From Thauera sp. (GTDB taxonomy: Bacteria > Pseudomonadota > Gammaproteobacteria > Burkholderiales > Rhodocyclaceae), in NCBI GenBank assembly GCA_029286945.1, contig JAREIX010000028.1, positions 1 through 41,941 of the forward strand: DNA of 41,941 nt, read 5' to 3'. The notes under the pieces are model-generated. The model worked only from the letters and a program-made list of their open reading frames with translations. It did not search any database and was not told the DNA's origin. A program made the translations under genes and the position numbers. Shown in pieces: positions 1 to 9,335 of the stretch (within the stretch, counting starts at the first letter, position 1; every line of letters starts with the position of its first letter).

Positions 1-1
1 G

Positions 2-178
2 ATCATGCTCACCGCCGCGGCGGCCATCCTGGCCATGGTGCCCTTGTCGCGCAGCACCTTCTTCGGGCCGATGGCGGTGGCGATCATGGGCGGGCTGACG
101 GTGGCGACCGTGCTCACCATCCTGTTCCTGCCGGCGCTGTATGCGGCGTGGTACCGGGTGCGGCCGGACGCGGCGTGA
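2..178 (+). CDS. RND efflux transporter permease (AcrB/AcrD/AcrF family), C-terminal fragment
   Basis: Own translation from position 2: IMLTAAAAILAMVPLSRSTFFGPMAVAIMGGLTVATVLTILFLPALYAAWYRVRPDAA*, typical of the last two RND TM helices; truncated by the window start. Confidence 0.85.
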   Translation: MMLTAAAAILAMVPLSRSTFFGPMAVAIMGGLTVATVLTILFLPALYAAWYRVRPDAA

Positions 179-281
179 TGCCGGCGGCGGCGTGGTCGCC
201 GCGTTCGCCTGGGGGCGGACGCGCGCGCCGGCTTTGGTGTAGCCTTCGCCCTTTTTCGCCCGCAGGGCGCCGGAACCGGGG

Positions 282-1013
282 ATGACGCAGGCTGCGCCGC
301 GAACGCGCTTCGATAGTGCCGGACTGGTCCGGGTGCTGGCCGAGCTGGCGGTGGCGGAGGTCGCCGATCCGAAGCAGGACCTCGCCGCGCGCCTGAGCGA
401 ATGGCTGGACCTCAAGGACGCGCTGGCCGTGTATGCGGCGCTGAATGCGTCCGCCGCCGAGCCCGCCGAGCCCGCCACGCGCGCGCTGCCGGCCGCGGCG
501 CTGCGCGCTGAACTGCAGCGCGTGCGCGCGGCGCTGGCGGCCGACGCCGGGCAGGGCCTGCCGACGCCGCTGCCGCACGCCACGGTCGAGGCCGCGGCGG
601 ATTTTGCGCCCTTCCACCGGCATTACCTGGCGCAGCAGCGCGCGATGGCCGCGCGCATCGCGCCGCTGCGCGCGGCGGCGCGCACCGCGCTCGCCCGCCA
701 GTCGCCGGCGCTGCGCCAGCTCGCCGCGCTCGACGCCGCGATGGAACAGGCGCTGGCGGCGCGCGAGGCCAGCCTGCTGGCGACGGTGCCGGTGCTGCTC
801 GGCCGGCGCTTCGCGCATCTGCTCGCCGCGCACCGGGCGGCGTGCGCGGACGTGCAGGCGGACGACCCGGCGCGCTGGATGCAGCCGGGCGGCTGGCTCG
901 CCCGTTTCTGCGCCGAGCTGCAGCGCGTGCTGCGGGCCGAGCTGGACCTGCGGCTGATGCCGGTGGCCGGCCTGCTGGCCGCAATGGACACGAACTCGAC
1001 GGAAACCGAATGA
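282..1013 (+). CDS. zorF: DUF3348-like protein, putative Zorya type III ZorF
   Basis: 243 aa helical ORF (RLSEWLD, FAPFHRHY..QQRAM, LDAAMEQAL, LRAELDLRLMPVAGLLAA); stop overlaps next start (ATGA at 1010-1013); first gene of a motA/motB-like operon. Confidence 0.7.
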   Translation: MTQAAPRTRFDSAGLVRVLAELAVAEVADPKQDLAARLSEWLDLKDALAVYAALNASAAEPAEPATRALPAAALRAELQRVRAALAADAGQGLPTPLPHATVEAAADFAPFHRHYLAQQRAMAARIAPLRAAARTALARQSPALRQLAALDAAMEQALAAREASLLATVPVLLGRRFAHLLAAHRAACADVQADDPARWMQPGGWLARFCAELQRVLRAELDLRLMPVAGLLAAMDTNSTETE

Positions 1014-3034
1014 ACAGAAGCATGAGCGTGGCCGCCTTCCTCGTTGGCGCGGCCGTGGTGGGATGGGTGGGGGCGGGCTATGTCGGCCTCAGCCCGCTGG
1101 CACTGGGCATGACCGCGCTGATCGGCGCGGTCTATCTGGGCGGCGCCGTCGAGCTGTGGCGTTTCGATCGCGCCACCGCGGCGCTGCAGCGCGCGCTCGA
1201 CACCATCCCGGCCGAGCTGGCCGATGCCGCCTCCTGGCTGCGCGCGCTGCCGCCCTCGCTGCAGAACGCGGTGCGCCTGCGCCTCGAGGGCGAGCGCGTC
1301 GGCCTGCCCGGGCCGGCGCTGGCGCCCTACCTGGTCGGCCTGCTGGTGCTGCTCGGCATGCTAGGCACCTTCCTCGGCATGGTGATGACGCTCAACGGCG
1401 CGGTGATCGCGCTCGAGACCACCACCGACCTGCAGACCATCCGCTCGGCGCTGGCGGCGCCGGTCAAGGGCCTGGGCGTGGCCTTCGGCACCTCGGTCGC
1501 CGGCGTGGCCGCGTCCGCCATGCTCGGCCTGATCTCGGCGCTGTGCCGGCGCGCGCGGCTGCAGACCTCGCAGGTGCTCGACGGCCGCATCGCCCGCGAG
1601 CTGCGCGACTTCTCGCTCGCGCAGCAGCGCCTGGATGCGTTCCAGGCGGTGCAGGAGCAGGCGCGCACGCTGCCGGCGCTGGTCGATGCCCTGCAGGCGA
1701 TGATGGCGCAGATGGAGCGCCAGAACGGCGCCTTGCACGCGCACATCACGAGCGCGCAGCAGCGCTTCCACGACGAGGCGCGCGGCAGCTACGCGGCGCT
1801 CGCGGCCTCGGTCGACGCCTCGCTCAAGGATAGCCTGGCCGCGAGCGCCCGCCTCGCCGGCGAGACCATGCAGCCGCTGGTGGCCGACACCATGGCCGCC
1901 ATCGCGCGCGAGACCACGGCGCTGCAGCAGCACGTGGCCGCGGGCGTGCAGGCCCAGCTCGACGGCGCCGCGCAGCGCCTGGATGCGGCGGTGGCCAGCG
2001 TGTCCGCCAACTGGGCGGCCGCGCTCGCGCAGCACGATGCGCGCAGCACGGCGCTCGCCGACCGCCTCGACGCCTCCTTCGCCACTACCGCCGGCAACGT
2101 CGCCGAGCGCTGGACGCAGGCGCTGGCCAGCCAGGAGCGCAGCGGGCAGATGCTTGCCAGCGCCCTGCAGGACAGCCTGCAGGCCTTCGCCGACACCTTC
2201 GCCGCGCGCTCGGCGACCCTCGTCGATCAGGTCGGCGCCACCGTCGCCGCGCTGCAGGCGGAACTCGCCGTGCGCGACGATGCACGCCAGGCTGCCCAGG
2301 GCGAGGCCCTGCAGGCGATGGCCGAGTCGCTGCGCAGCGACTGGCAGCAGATGGGCGCGGAGGCCGGCAGCCGCCAGCAGGCCGTCGTCGATCGCCTCGA
2401 CGACACCGCGCGCGCGCTCGCCGAAAGCACCCAGGCGCAGGCCGCCCGCACCATCGAGCAGGTGGGCGCGCTGCTGCAGACCGCCGCCGAGGCGCCGCGG
2501 GTGGCGGCCGAGGTCATCGGCGCGCTGCGCCATGAGCTCTCCGCCGGCCTCGCGCGCGACAACGCCGCGCTCGACGAGCGCAACCGCATCATGGCGACCC
2601 TGCGCGAGCTGCTCGACGCGATCAACCACGCCTCGGCCGAGCAGCGCCAGGCGATCGACGCGCTGGTGGCGTCCTCGGCGTCGGCGCTCGAGCGCGCCAG
2701 CGCCGGCTTCGAGCAGCGCATCGAGGCCGAATCCACCCGCCTCGCCGACTCCGCCGGCCAGGTCGCCGGCGGCGCGGTCGAGGTCGCCAGCCTGGCCGAA
2801 GGCTTCGGCCTCGCGGTGCAGCTGTTCAGCGACTCGAATGCGCGCCTGATGGCCAGCCTGGAGCGCATCGAGGGCGCGCTCGACAAGGCGATGACGCGCA
2901 GCGACGAGCAACTCGCCTACTACGTCGCCCAGGCGCGCGAGCTGATCGACCTCAGCCTGATGTCGCAGCAGCGCATCGTCGACGACCTTCAGCAGCGGCC
3001 CGGCCGTGCCGCCGCGGCGGCGAGCGAGGGCTGA
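1010..3034 (+). CDS. zorA: MotA/TolQ-like membrane protein with long helical tail (DUF802-like), putative ZorA
   Basis: Start at the ATGA overlap (MNRSMS..., 674 aa); N-terminal TMs; LLGMLGTFLG and GLGVAFGTSVAG are MotA/ExbB-type signatures; about 440 aa Ala/Gln-rich tail. Confidence 0.78.
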   Translation: MNRSMSVAAFLVGAAVVGWVGAGYVGLSPLALGMTALIGAVYLGGAVELWRFDRATAALQRALDTIPAELADAASWLRALPPSLQNAVRLRLEGERVGLPGPALAPYLVGLLVLLGMLGTFLGMVMTLNGAVIALETTTDLQTIRSALAAPVKGLGVAFGTSVAGVAASAMLGLISALCRRARLQTSQVLDGRIARELRDFSLAQQRLDAFQAVQEQARTLPALVDALQAMMAQMERQNGALHAHITSAQQRFHDEARGSYAALAASVDASLKDSLAASARLAGETMQPLVADTMAAIARETTALQQHVAAGVQAQLDGAAQRLDAAVASVSANWAAALAQHDARSTALADRLDASFATTAGNVAERWTQALASQERSGQMLASALQDSLQAFADTFAARSATLVDQVGATVAALQAELAVRDDARQAAQGEALQAMAESLRSDWQQMGAEAGSRQQAVVDRLDDTARALAESTQAQAARTIEQVGALLQTAAEAPRVAAEVIGALRHELSAGLARDNAALDERNRIMATLRELLDAINHASAEQRQAIDALVASSASALERASAGFEQRIEAESTRLADSAGQVAGGAVEVASLAEGFGLAVQLFSDSNARLMASLERIEGALDKAMTRSDEQLAYYVAQARELIDLSLMSQQRIVDDLQQRPGRAAAAASEG

Positions 3035-3036
3035 GC

Positions 3037-3711
3037 ATGGACGACATGCACGGCGGCGATGGCGCGCTCGAGCAGTCGGCGCCGGCCTGGGGGGTGTTCG
3101 GCGACCTGATGTCGGGGCTGCTCGGCGCCTTCGTGCTGATCCTGGTCGGCGTCCTCGGCGTGCAGCTCGAGCTGGCGACCACGCTCGAGGCCGAGGTGCA
3201 CAAGCGCCGCGTCGAGGAGCAGCGCCGCGAGGCGCTGGAGAAGGCGCTCGCGGTGCCGCTGGCGAGCGGCCGGGTGACGCTCGATGGCGGCCGCATCGGC
3301 ATCAGCGGCAGCGTGCTGTTCGCGCTCAACTCGGCCGAGCTGCAGCCCGAGGGCCGGCAGCTGCTGCAGAGCCTGGTGCCGCCGCTGGTCGCCTATCTCG
3401 CCACCCGCGACGAGCTGCTGATGGTGAGCGGCTTCACCGACGACCGCCCGGTGCTCGACTCCAACCGCCGCTTCGCCGACAACTGGGAGCTCTCCGCGCA
3501 GCGCGCGCTGACCGTGACGCGGGCGCTGATCGAGGGCGGCATCCCGTCGTCCACCGTGTTCGCCGCGGCGTTCGGTGCCGAGCAGCCGGTCGCCTCCAAC
3601 GCCGACGAGGCCGGCCGGGCGCGCAACCGCCGGGTCGAGATGGCGCCGGTGCCGCGCAATGGCGCCCAGGCGGCGAACACGGAGGCAGGCGCGGAGGCCG
3701 CGGGCGGATGA
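3037..3711 (+). CDS. zorB: MotB/OmpA-family protein, putative ZorB
   Basis: Single TM with conserved Asp (WGVFGDLMSGLL); OmpA-like peptidoglycan-binding domain (GFTDD, NWELSAQRA, NRRVE). Confidence 0.82.
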   Translation: MDDMHGGDGALEQSAPAWGVFGDLMSGLLGAFVLILVGVLGVQLELATTLEAEVHKRRVEEQRREALEKALAVPLASGRVTLDGGRIGISGSVLFALNSAELQPEGRQLLQSLVPPLVAYLATRDELLMVSGFTDDRPVLDSNRRFADNWELSAQRALTVTRALIEGGIPSSTVFAAAFGAEQPVASNADEAGRARNRRVEMAPVPRNGAQAANTEAGAEAAGG

Positions 3712-4466
3712 GTGCGCCGGCACGGCCCGGGGCGCTGGCCGGCGACGCGCTCGCGACCGGCTGCGAGGCCGGACTTGCGGCCGATTTCGAGGCCTTGCGG
3801 GCGACGGGCGCAGCGCGCCGCGATCCGGTCGGGGTGCGCGTCCTCGAGGCGATGCTTGGCCGGCTGCCGGGCCTCGAGGGTCCGGCGCGTACCGCCCTGC
3901 TGGCGCGCATCGAGCGTCGGCTGGCAGGCCTGCGTGCGCGTCTCGCACGGGCGCGCGACGAGGCCGGCGCGACCGCTGCGGTCGCCCGTGCGCCCGCAGC
4001 CGCAGGCGGGGCGCTCGGCGCTCTGCTCGAGCACATCGCGCACCAGGCCGGCGCACTGACTGGCGCCGGAACGACCGCCGCCGACGGCGCGGGCGGGGAA
4101 GCCGAAGGCACCGCCGGTTCGGCGGCCCCGGTGTCGGCGCCCGCCGCCGAGCTCAAGGCCCTGCGCCACTTCCGCAGCACCTGGTCGCGGCTCAGCCTCG
4201 AGCGCCAGCTGGCGCGCGCGCTCGCCCGGGCGCCGGACAATGCCGGGCCGCTCAACTCGCACTTCCTGGTGCTGCAGGCGCTGATCCGCATGCGAGACAT
4301 CGCGCCGCAGTACCTGGAAGGCTTCATCGCCCATGTCGATGCGCTGTGGTGGCTGGAGCGCGCCGATCCCGGCCGCGCGCCGGCGCAACGCGGCGCCGCG
4401 CCCAGAGCGGGCGGACGGGGGGCGGACGCCGCCGGCACGCGCGGGGCCAGGCGCAAGACGCGCTGA
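3708..4466 (+). CDS. zorG: DUF2894-like protein, putative Zorya type III ZorG
   Basis: ATGA overlap at 3708-3711 (MSAPARP..., 252 aa); motifs DPVG, ELKALRHFRSTW, PDNAGPLNSH, PQYLEGFIAHVDALWWL. Confidence 0.7.
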   Translation: MSAPARPGALAGDALATGCEAGLAADFEALRATGAARRDPVGVRVLEAMLGRLPGLEGPARTALLARIERRLAGLRARLARARDEAGATAAVARAPAAAGGALGALLEHIAHQAGALTGAGTTAADGAGGEAEGTAGSAAPVSAPAAELKALRHFRSTWSRLSLERQLARALARAPDNAGPLNSHFLVLQALIRMRDIAPQYLEGFIAHVDALWWLERADPGRAPAQRGAAPRAGGRGADAAGTRGARRKTR

Positions 4467-4469
4467 GCG

Positions 4470-4500
4470 CCCGCGCCGACGCATGCGCCCGCGGCGCGGG
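4470..4500 (+). terminator. GC-rich hairpin after the Zorya-like operon, possible terminator
   Basis: cccgcgccg (4470-4478) / cggcgcggg (4492-4500), followed by attgtct (weak U-tract). Confidence 0.35.
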
Positions 4501-4580
4501 ATTGTCTGCCGTGGGCCCGGATTGCAGCGCAGCATCTGCGCTAGAATGACGCGGTTTTGCCCCTATGGACAACGCTATCA

Positions 4581-4596
4581 ATTAGCGTGTGCTAAT
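4581..4596. promoter_or_regulatory. Palindromic operator candidate upstream of pcm-rhodanese-tolC
   Basis: ATTAGC-gtgt-GCTAAT, downstream of a TAGAAT -10-like hexamer (4542-4547) and 20 nt before the ATG. Confidence 0.45.
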
Positions 4597-4615
4597 ATTT
4601 CGCCGGGAGTCCCTG

Positions 4616-5165
4616 ATGAACTTCGAGAAAGCGCGCTTCAACATGGTCGAGCAGCAGATCCGCCCCTGGGAGGTGCTGGATCAGGACGTGCTCGACCTCC
4701 TGATGACGGGGCAAGGTGCTGCAGGCGCTGCGCCTGGCGAAGTCGGACTCGGTGCTCGAGATCGGCACCGGCTCGGGCTACTTCGCCGCGCTGCTGGCCG
4801 CCCGCACCGAGTGGGTGCGCACGATCGAACTCGAGTCCGAGCTGGTCAAGCTGGCGAGCGCCAACCTCGAGCGCAACGGCGTGCACAACGTGGTCGTGGT
4901 GCAGGGCGACGGCGTCGGCGGCTGGGCCGAGCGTGCGCCCTACGACGCCATCGTGGTGTCCGGCGGCCTGCCCTTCGTGCCGCAGGCGCTGCTCGAGCAG
5001 CTCAAGGTCGGCGGCCGCCTGTTCGCCTTCGTCGGCGAGGCGCCGGTGATGAAGGCGCGCCTGATCACCTGCGAGGCGGCGGGCCGTTTCCGCACCGAGG
5101 ACATTTTCGAGACCGTCGTGCCGATGCTGCGCAACGCGCCGCAGCGCGACGGCTTCAGCTTCTGA
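4616..5165 (+). pseudogene. pcm: Protein-L-isoaspartate O-methyltransferase with internal deletion and frameshift near 4709-4710
   Basis: N-terminus MNFEKARFNMVEQQIRPWEVLDQDVLDLLMT in one frame; GKVLQAL..VLEIGTGSGY (SAM motif) to the stop in another; the expected intervening RExFVP..D..IP segment is absent; span of 550 nt is not a multiple of 3. Confidence 0.8.
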
Positions 5166-5172
5166 GGCCGCC

Positions 5173-5496
5173 ATGCGCCAGATCAGTCCCGTCCAGCTCG
5201 CCGAGCGCCTGCACGATACGCAACAACCCGCGCCGCTGCTGCTCGACGTGCGTGAGCCCTGGGAGCTGGAGATCTGCCGGATCGACGGCTCGGTGGCGAT
5301 GCCGATGGGCAGCGTGCCGGCGCGCGTCGACGAGCTCGACCGTGGCCGCGAGATCGTGGTGATCTGCCACCACGGCGGGCGCAGCGCGCAGGTGTGCATG
5401 TTCCTCGAACGCCAGGGCTTCTCCAATGTCATCAACCTGGCGGGTGGCGTCGCCGGCTGGGCGGCGCAGGTCGACCCACGCATGGCCCAGTACTGA
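5173..5496 (+). CDS. Rhodanese-like sulfurtransferase
   Basis: LLDVREPWE, active-site CHHGGRS, NLAGGVAGW. Confidence 0.92.
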   Translation: MRQISPVQLAERLHDTQQPAPLLLDVREPWELEICRIDGSVAMPMGSVPARVDELDRGREIVVICHHGGRSAQVCMFLERQGFSNVINLAGGVAGWAAQVDPRMAQY

Positions 5497-5526
5497 GACC
5501 CGCCGCCCCCGATCGCGGAGAACACG

Positions 5527-6828
5527 ATGAAGCGCATCCTGGCAATCTGTATCGCAGGTGTCTTTTCCGGCGGCGCGCTCGCCGCCGATCTGATGCAGAC
5601 CTACCGCGATGCGCTCGCCAACGACGCCCGCTTCGCCGCTGCGCGCGCGCAGTACGAGGCCGGCCGCGAGAAGGTCGTCCAGGGGCGCGCCGGCCTGCTG
5701 CCGCAGGTCGGGCTGGCGGCGGACACGACGTGGACCGATCCTGACTACAAGCCCGACCTCGGCGGACGCAGCCAGTCGTTCAACAGCAACGGCTACGGTG
5801 TGCAGCTCACCCAGCCGCTGTTCCGCTGGCAGAACTGGGTGCAGTTCAAGCAGGGCGAGCTGCAGACGGCGCTCTCCGCAACCCAGTTCGGCCTCGCCCG
5901 CCAGGACCTCGTGCTGCGCGTCGCCGAGGCCTACTTCAACGTGCTCAACGCACAGGATGTGCTCGCTGCGGTGACCCAGCTGCGCACCGCGGCCGCCGAG
6001 CAGCTCGAGCTGGCGAAGACCAGCTTCGAGGTCGGCACCGTGACCATCACCGACGTGCACGAGGCGCAGTCGCGCTTCGATCTCGCCTCGGCGCAGGAGA
6101 TCGCGGCGCAGAACCAGCTCGAGGTGGCGCGCCAGAGCCTGGCGCAGGTCATCGGCAAGCAGCCCGAACCGCTCGCCGGCCTGCGCGAAGGCGTCGCGTT
6201 GCAGCGCCCGCAGCCCGAGGCCATCGCCGACTGGGTGGCGGCGGCGGAATCCGGCAGCTTCGGTGTGCAGGCCCAGCAGCTGGCGCGCGAGATCGCCGCG
6301 CGCGAGGTCGAGCGCGCGCGCGCCGGTCACCTGCCGACCGTCGACATCGTCGCCAGCCATGGTGTGGATACGCGTCCGCAGGTCGCCGTCGACCGCGTCG
6401 AGGCGACCACCATCGGGCTGCAGCTGAACATGCCGCTGTATGCCGGCGGGCGGGTGTCCTCGGTGTCGCGCGAGGCGGCCGCGCTGCGCATGAAGGCCGA
6501 CGCCGACCTCGAGGATGCCCGCCGCAGCGCTGCGCTGGCGGCTCGTCAGTCGTGGCTGGGCGTGACCAGCGGCCTGGCGCAGATCAGGGCGCTGGAGGCG
6601 GCGCGGGTATCGTCGATGTCGGCGCTCGAGGCCAACAAGCTCGGCTACGAGGTCGGCGTACGCATCAACATCGACGTCCTGAACGCCCAGACCCAGCTCG
6701 CCGACACGCTGCAGCAGCTGTCGCGCGCGCGCTACGACACCCTGCTCGCACAGCTGCGCCTGAAGGCGGCGGCCGGCACGCTCGGCGAGGACGACGTCGC
6801 CGCGATCAATGCCCTGCTGACACCCTGA
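5527..6828 (+). CDS. tolC: TolC-family outer membrane channel
   Basis: Signal peptide, two OEP repeats, YEVGVRINIDVLNAQ; usual pcm-rhodanese-tolC context. Confidence 0.93.
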   Translation: MKRILAICIAGVFSGGALAADLMQTYRDALANDARFAAARAQYEAGREKVVQGRAGLLPQVGLAADTTWTDPDYKPDLGGRSQSFNSNGYGVQLTQPLFRWQNWVQFKQGELQTALSATQFGLARQDLVLRVAEAYFNVLNAQDVLAAVTQLRTAAAEQLELAKTSFEVGTVTITDVHEAQSRFDLASAQEIAAQNQLEVARQSLAQVIGKQPEPLAGLREGVALQRPQPEAIADWVAAAESGSFGVQAQQLAREIAAREVERARAGHLPTVDIVASHGVDTRPQVAVDRVEATTIGLQLNMPLYAGGRVSSVSREAAALRMKADADLEDARRSAALAARQSWLGVTSGLAQIRALEAARVSSMSALEANKLGYEVGVRINIDVLNAQTQLADTLQQLSRARYDTLLAQLRLKAAAGTLGEDDVAAINALLTP

Positions 6829-6862
6829 GTACGCGCGCCGCGGCCCGGGTCGGGCGTGGGCC

Positions 6863-8140
6863 TCAGCCCGCAGCCGCGGCCGCCGGCTGCAGCTGCGCCA
6901 GGATGGCGACGCTGCGTGCCGTCGCGCCCTGATGGGTGGTGGCGAAGGCGCGGCCGGCGCGGACGAGCCGCGTGCGTCCTTCATCGTCGGCGAGCAGCGC
7001 GATCGCGGCGCGCATGCCGGCCTCGGCGTCCTCCGCGCGCAGCGCGGCGCCGGCGCGCACCGCATCCTCGGCGACGGCCTGGAAATTGAACGTGTGCGGA
7101 CCGACCACCACCGGCGTGCCGACCGCGCAGGCCTCGATCAGGTTCTGGCCGCCGAAGGGCAGCCAGCTGCCGCCGATCAGGGCGACATCGGCGGCGGCGT
7201 AGTAGGCGAACATCTCGCCCATCGAATCCCCCAGCAGCACCCGCGTCGCGGCCGCCACCGCCGCGTCCTCGCTGCGGCGCTGCAGCGCGAGCTGGCGTGC
7301 GCGCACCCGCGCTGCGACCTCGTCAAAGCGCTGCGGGTGGCGGGGCACGAGCAGCAGCAGTGCGTCGGGCGGGGCGTGGCGGGCGAAGGCGTCGATCAGC
7401 AGCGCCTCCTCGCCCTCGCGCGTGCTGGCGGCGAGCACGACCGGACGCGCGCCGATGCGCGCGCGCAGGGTCTGGCCGAGGGCGAGCAGCTCAGGAGGGG
7501 GCGTGATGTCGAACTTGATGTTGCCGGTCACCGTCACCCGGCGGGCGCCGAGCTGGGTGAGGCGCGCGGCGTCGGCTGCGGTCTGCGCGCCGATGGCGCT
7601 GAGCGCCTTCATGGTCAGCGCGGTCAGCGCCGGCACGCGCGCATAGCGGCGCGCCGAGCGCTCGGACAGGCGCGCGTTGGCGAGCATCACCGGGATGCGG
7701 CGGCGGCGGCAGGCGGCGAGCAGATTGGGCCACAGCTCGGTCTCCATGATCACGCCGAACAGTGGCCGGAAGTGGCGCAGGAAGGCATGCGCGAAGCAGC
7801 CGAGGTCGTAGGGCAGGTAGGCGCGCAGCACGCGCGCCTCGTCCTTGAACAGCGCGTGTGCGGTGTCGCGCCCGGTGGGGGTCATGTGGGTGAGCAGCAC
7901 GCTGTGCTCGGGCCAGCGCGCGAGCAGTGCGCGCACCAGCGGCTCGGCGGCGCGCGTCTCGCCGACCGACACCGCATGCACCCAGATCACCGCCAGCGGC
8001 GCCCGCACCCGGTAGCGCCCGAAGCGCTCGCCCACGTGCCGCAGATAGGCCGGCTGGCGGCGGGCCCGCCACAGCAGGCGCAGCAGCACCAGCGGCAGGG
8101 CGAGGATCCACAACAAGGTGTAGGGCAGGCGGGTCAGCAT
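6863..8140 (-). CDS. waaA: 3-deoxy-D-manno-octulosonic acid (Kdo) transferase
   Basis: [39 protein letters not shown]; start chosen at MLTRLPY. Confidence 0.95.
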   Translation of the reverse strand: MLTRLPYTLLWILALPLVLLRLLWRARRQPAYLRHVGERFGRYRVRAPLAVIWVHAVSVGETRAAEPLVRALLARWPEHSVLLTHMTPTGRDTAHALFKDEARVLRAYLPYDLGCFAHAFLRHFRPLFGVIMETELWPNLLAACRRRRIPVMLANARLSERSARRYARVPALTALTMKALSAIGAQTAADAARLTQLGARRVTVTGNIKFDITPPPELLALGQTLRARIGARPVVLAASTREGEEALLIDAFARHAPPDALLLLVPRHPQRFDEVAARVRARQLALQRRSEDAAVAAATRVLLGDSMGEMFAYYAAADVALIGGSWLPFGGQNLIEACAVGTPVVVGPHTFNFQAVAEDAVRAGAALRAEDAEAGMRAAIALLADDEGRTRLVRAGRAFATTHQGATARSVAILAQLQPAAAAAG

Positions 8141-8304
8141 CGAGGCGGGATGGATCGCGACCGCGCAAGTATAAGCAGGATGAGGGGCGCACGCAGGGCG
8201 GCGCCCATGGATCACGCCCGCCGGGCGCTGCAAGAAACGCGTCACACGCCCGCTGGCGGCGTGCGTGCGATAATCCCGTCCGGTTTCCCCAAGGTCCCCC
8301 GTTC

Positions 8305-9312
8305 ATGAAGATCCTCGTCACCGGTGCCGCCGGCTTCATCGGCATGCACACGTCCCTGCGCCTGCTCGCCCGCGGCGATGAAGTCGTCGGTCTCGACAAC
8401 CTCAACGACTACTACGACCCCACGTTGAAGGAGGCGCGGCTGGCGCGTCTCACACCGCACGCGGGATTCCGCTTCGTGAAGATGGACGTGGCCGACCGCG
8501 CCGGCATGGAGGCGCTGTTCGCCGCCGAGAAGTTCGACCGCGTGATCCACCTCGCCGCCCAGGCCGGGGTGCGCTACTCGCTGCAGAACCCGCATGCCTA
8601 CATCGACAGCAACGTCGTCGGCTTCATGAACGTCCTCGAGGGCTGCCGGCATGCGAAGGTGCAGCATCTGGTGTATGCCTCGAGCTCGAGCGTCTATGGC
8701 GGCAACACGAAGATGCCGTTTGCCGAGGCCGACAGCGTCGACCATCCGGTGAGCATCTACGCCGCCACCAAGAAGGCCAACGAGCTGATGGCGCACACCT
8801 ACAGCCACCTATACGGCCTGCCGACCACCGGCCTGCGCTTCTTCACCGTGTATGGCCCGTGGGGGCGGCCGGACATGGCGCTGTTCCTGTTCACCAAGGC
8901 CATCCTCGAGGGCCGGCCGATCGACGTCTTCAACCACGGCCGCATGAAGCGCGACTTCACCTACATCGACGACATCGTCGAGGGCGTGATCCGCACGCTG
9001 GACCACGTCGCCGCGCCCGATCCCGCCTTCGATGCGCTGCAGCCCAACCCGGGCACGAGCGACGCGCCCTACCGCGTGTTCAACATCGGCAACCACGACC
9101 CGGTCGAGCTGATGGGCTTCGTGGCTGCGATCGAGGACGCGCTCGGCATGACGGCCGAGAAGAACTTCCTGCCGCTGCAGGACGGCGACGTGCCCGCCAC
9201 CTACGCCGACACCGCCGCGCTCAATGCGTGGACCGGCTTCGCACCGGCGACCAGCGTGCGTGACGGGGTGGGGCGCTTCGTGGCCTGGTACCGCGAGTAC
9301 TACCGGGTCTGA
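8305..9312 (+). CDS. NAD-dependent epimerase (UDP-glucuronate 4-epimerase-like)
   Basis: [29 protein letters not shown] (YxxxK), [15 protein letters not shown]. Confidence 0.93.
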   Translation: MKILVTGAAGFIGMHTSLRLLARGDEVVGLDNLNDYYDPTLKEARLARLTPHAGFRFVKMDVADRAGMEALFAAEKFDRVIHLAAQAGVRYSLQNPHAYIDSNVVGFMNVLEGCRHAKVQHLVYASSSSVYGGNTKMPFAEADSVDHPVSIYAATKKANELMAHTYSHLYGLPTTGLRFFTVYGPWGRPDMALFLFTKAILEGRPIDVFNHGRMKRDFTYIDDIVEGVIRTLDHVAAPDPAFDALQPNPGTSDAPYRVFNIGNHDPVELMGFVAAIEDALGMTAEKNFLPLQDGDVPATYADTAALNAWTGFAPATSVRDGVGRFVAWYREYYRV

Positions 9313-9335
9313 TCCGGCGCGCCCGGCGGACGGCG

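Noticed and set aside
1010-3711. Flagellar MotAB or TolQR/ExbBD assignment
   Set aside because: The long tail, the flanking DUF-like genes and the absence of flagellar, tonB or tolA genes fit Zorya better
4581-4596. CIRCE element
   Set aside because: Shares TTAGC/GCTAA only; lacks the TTAGCACTC-N9-GAGTGCTAA arms and spacing
4700-4720. Programmed frameshift in pcm
   Set aside because: A conserved segment is missing altogether and there is no slippery heptamer, so frameshifting would not restore the protein
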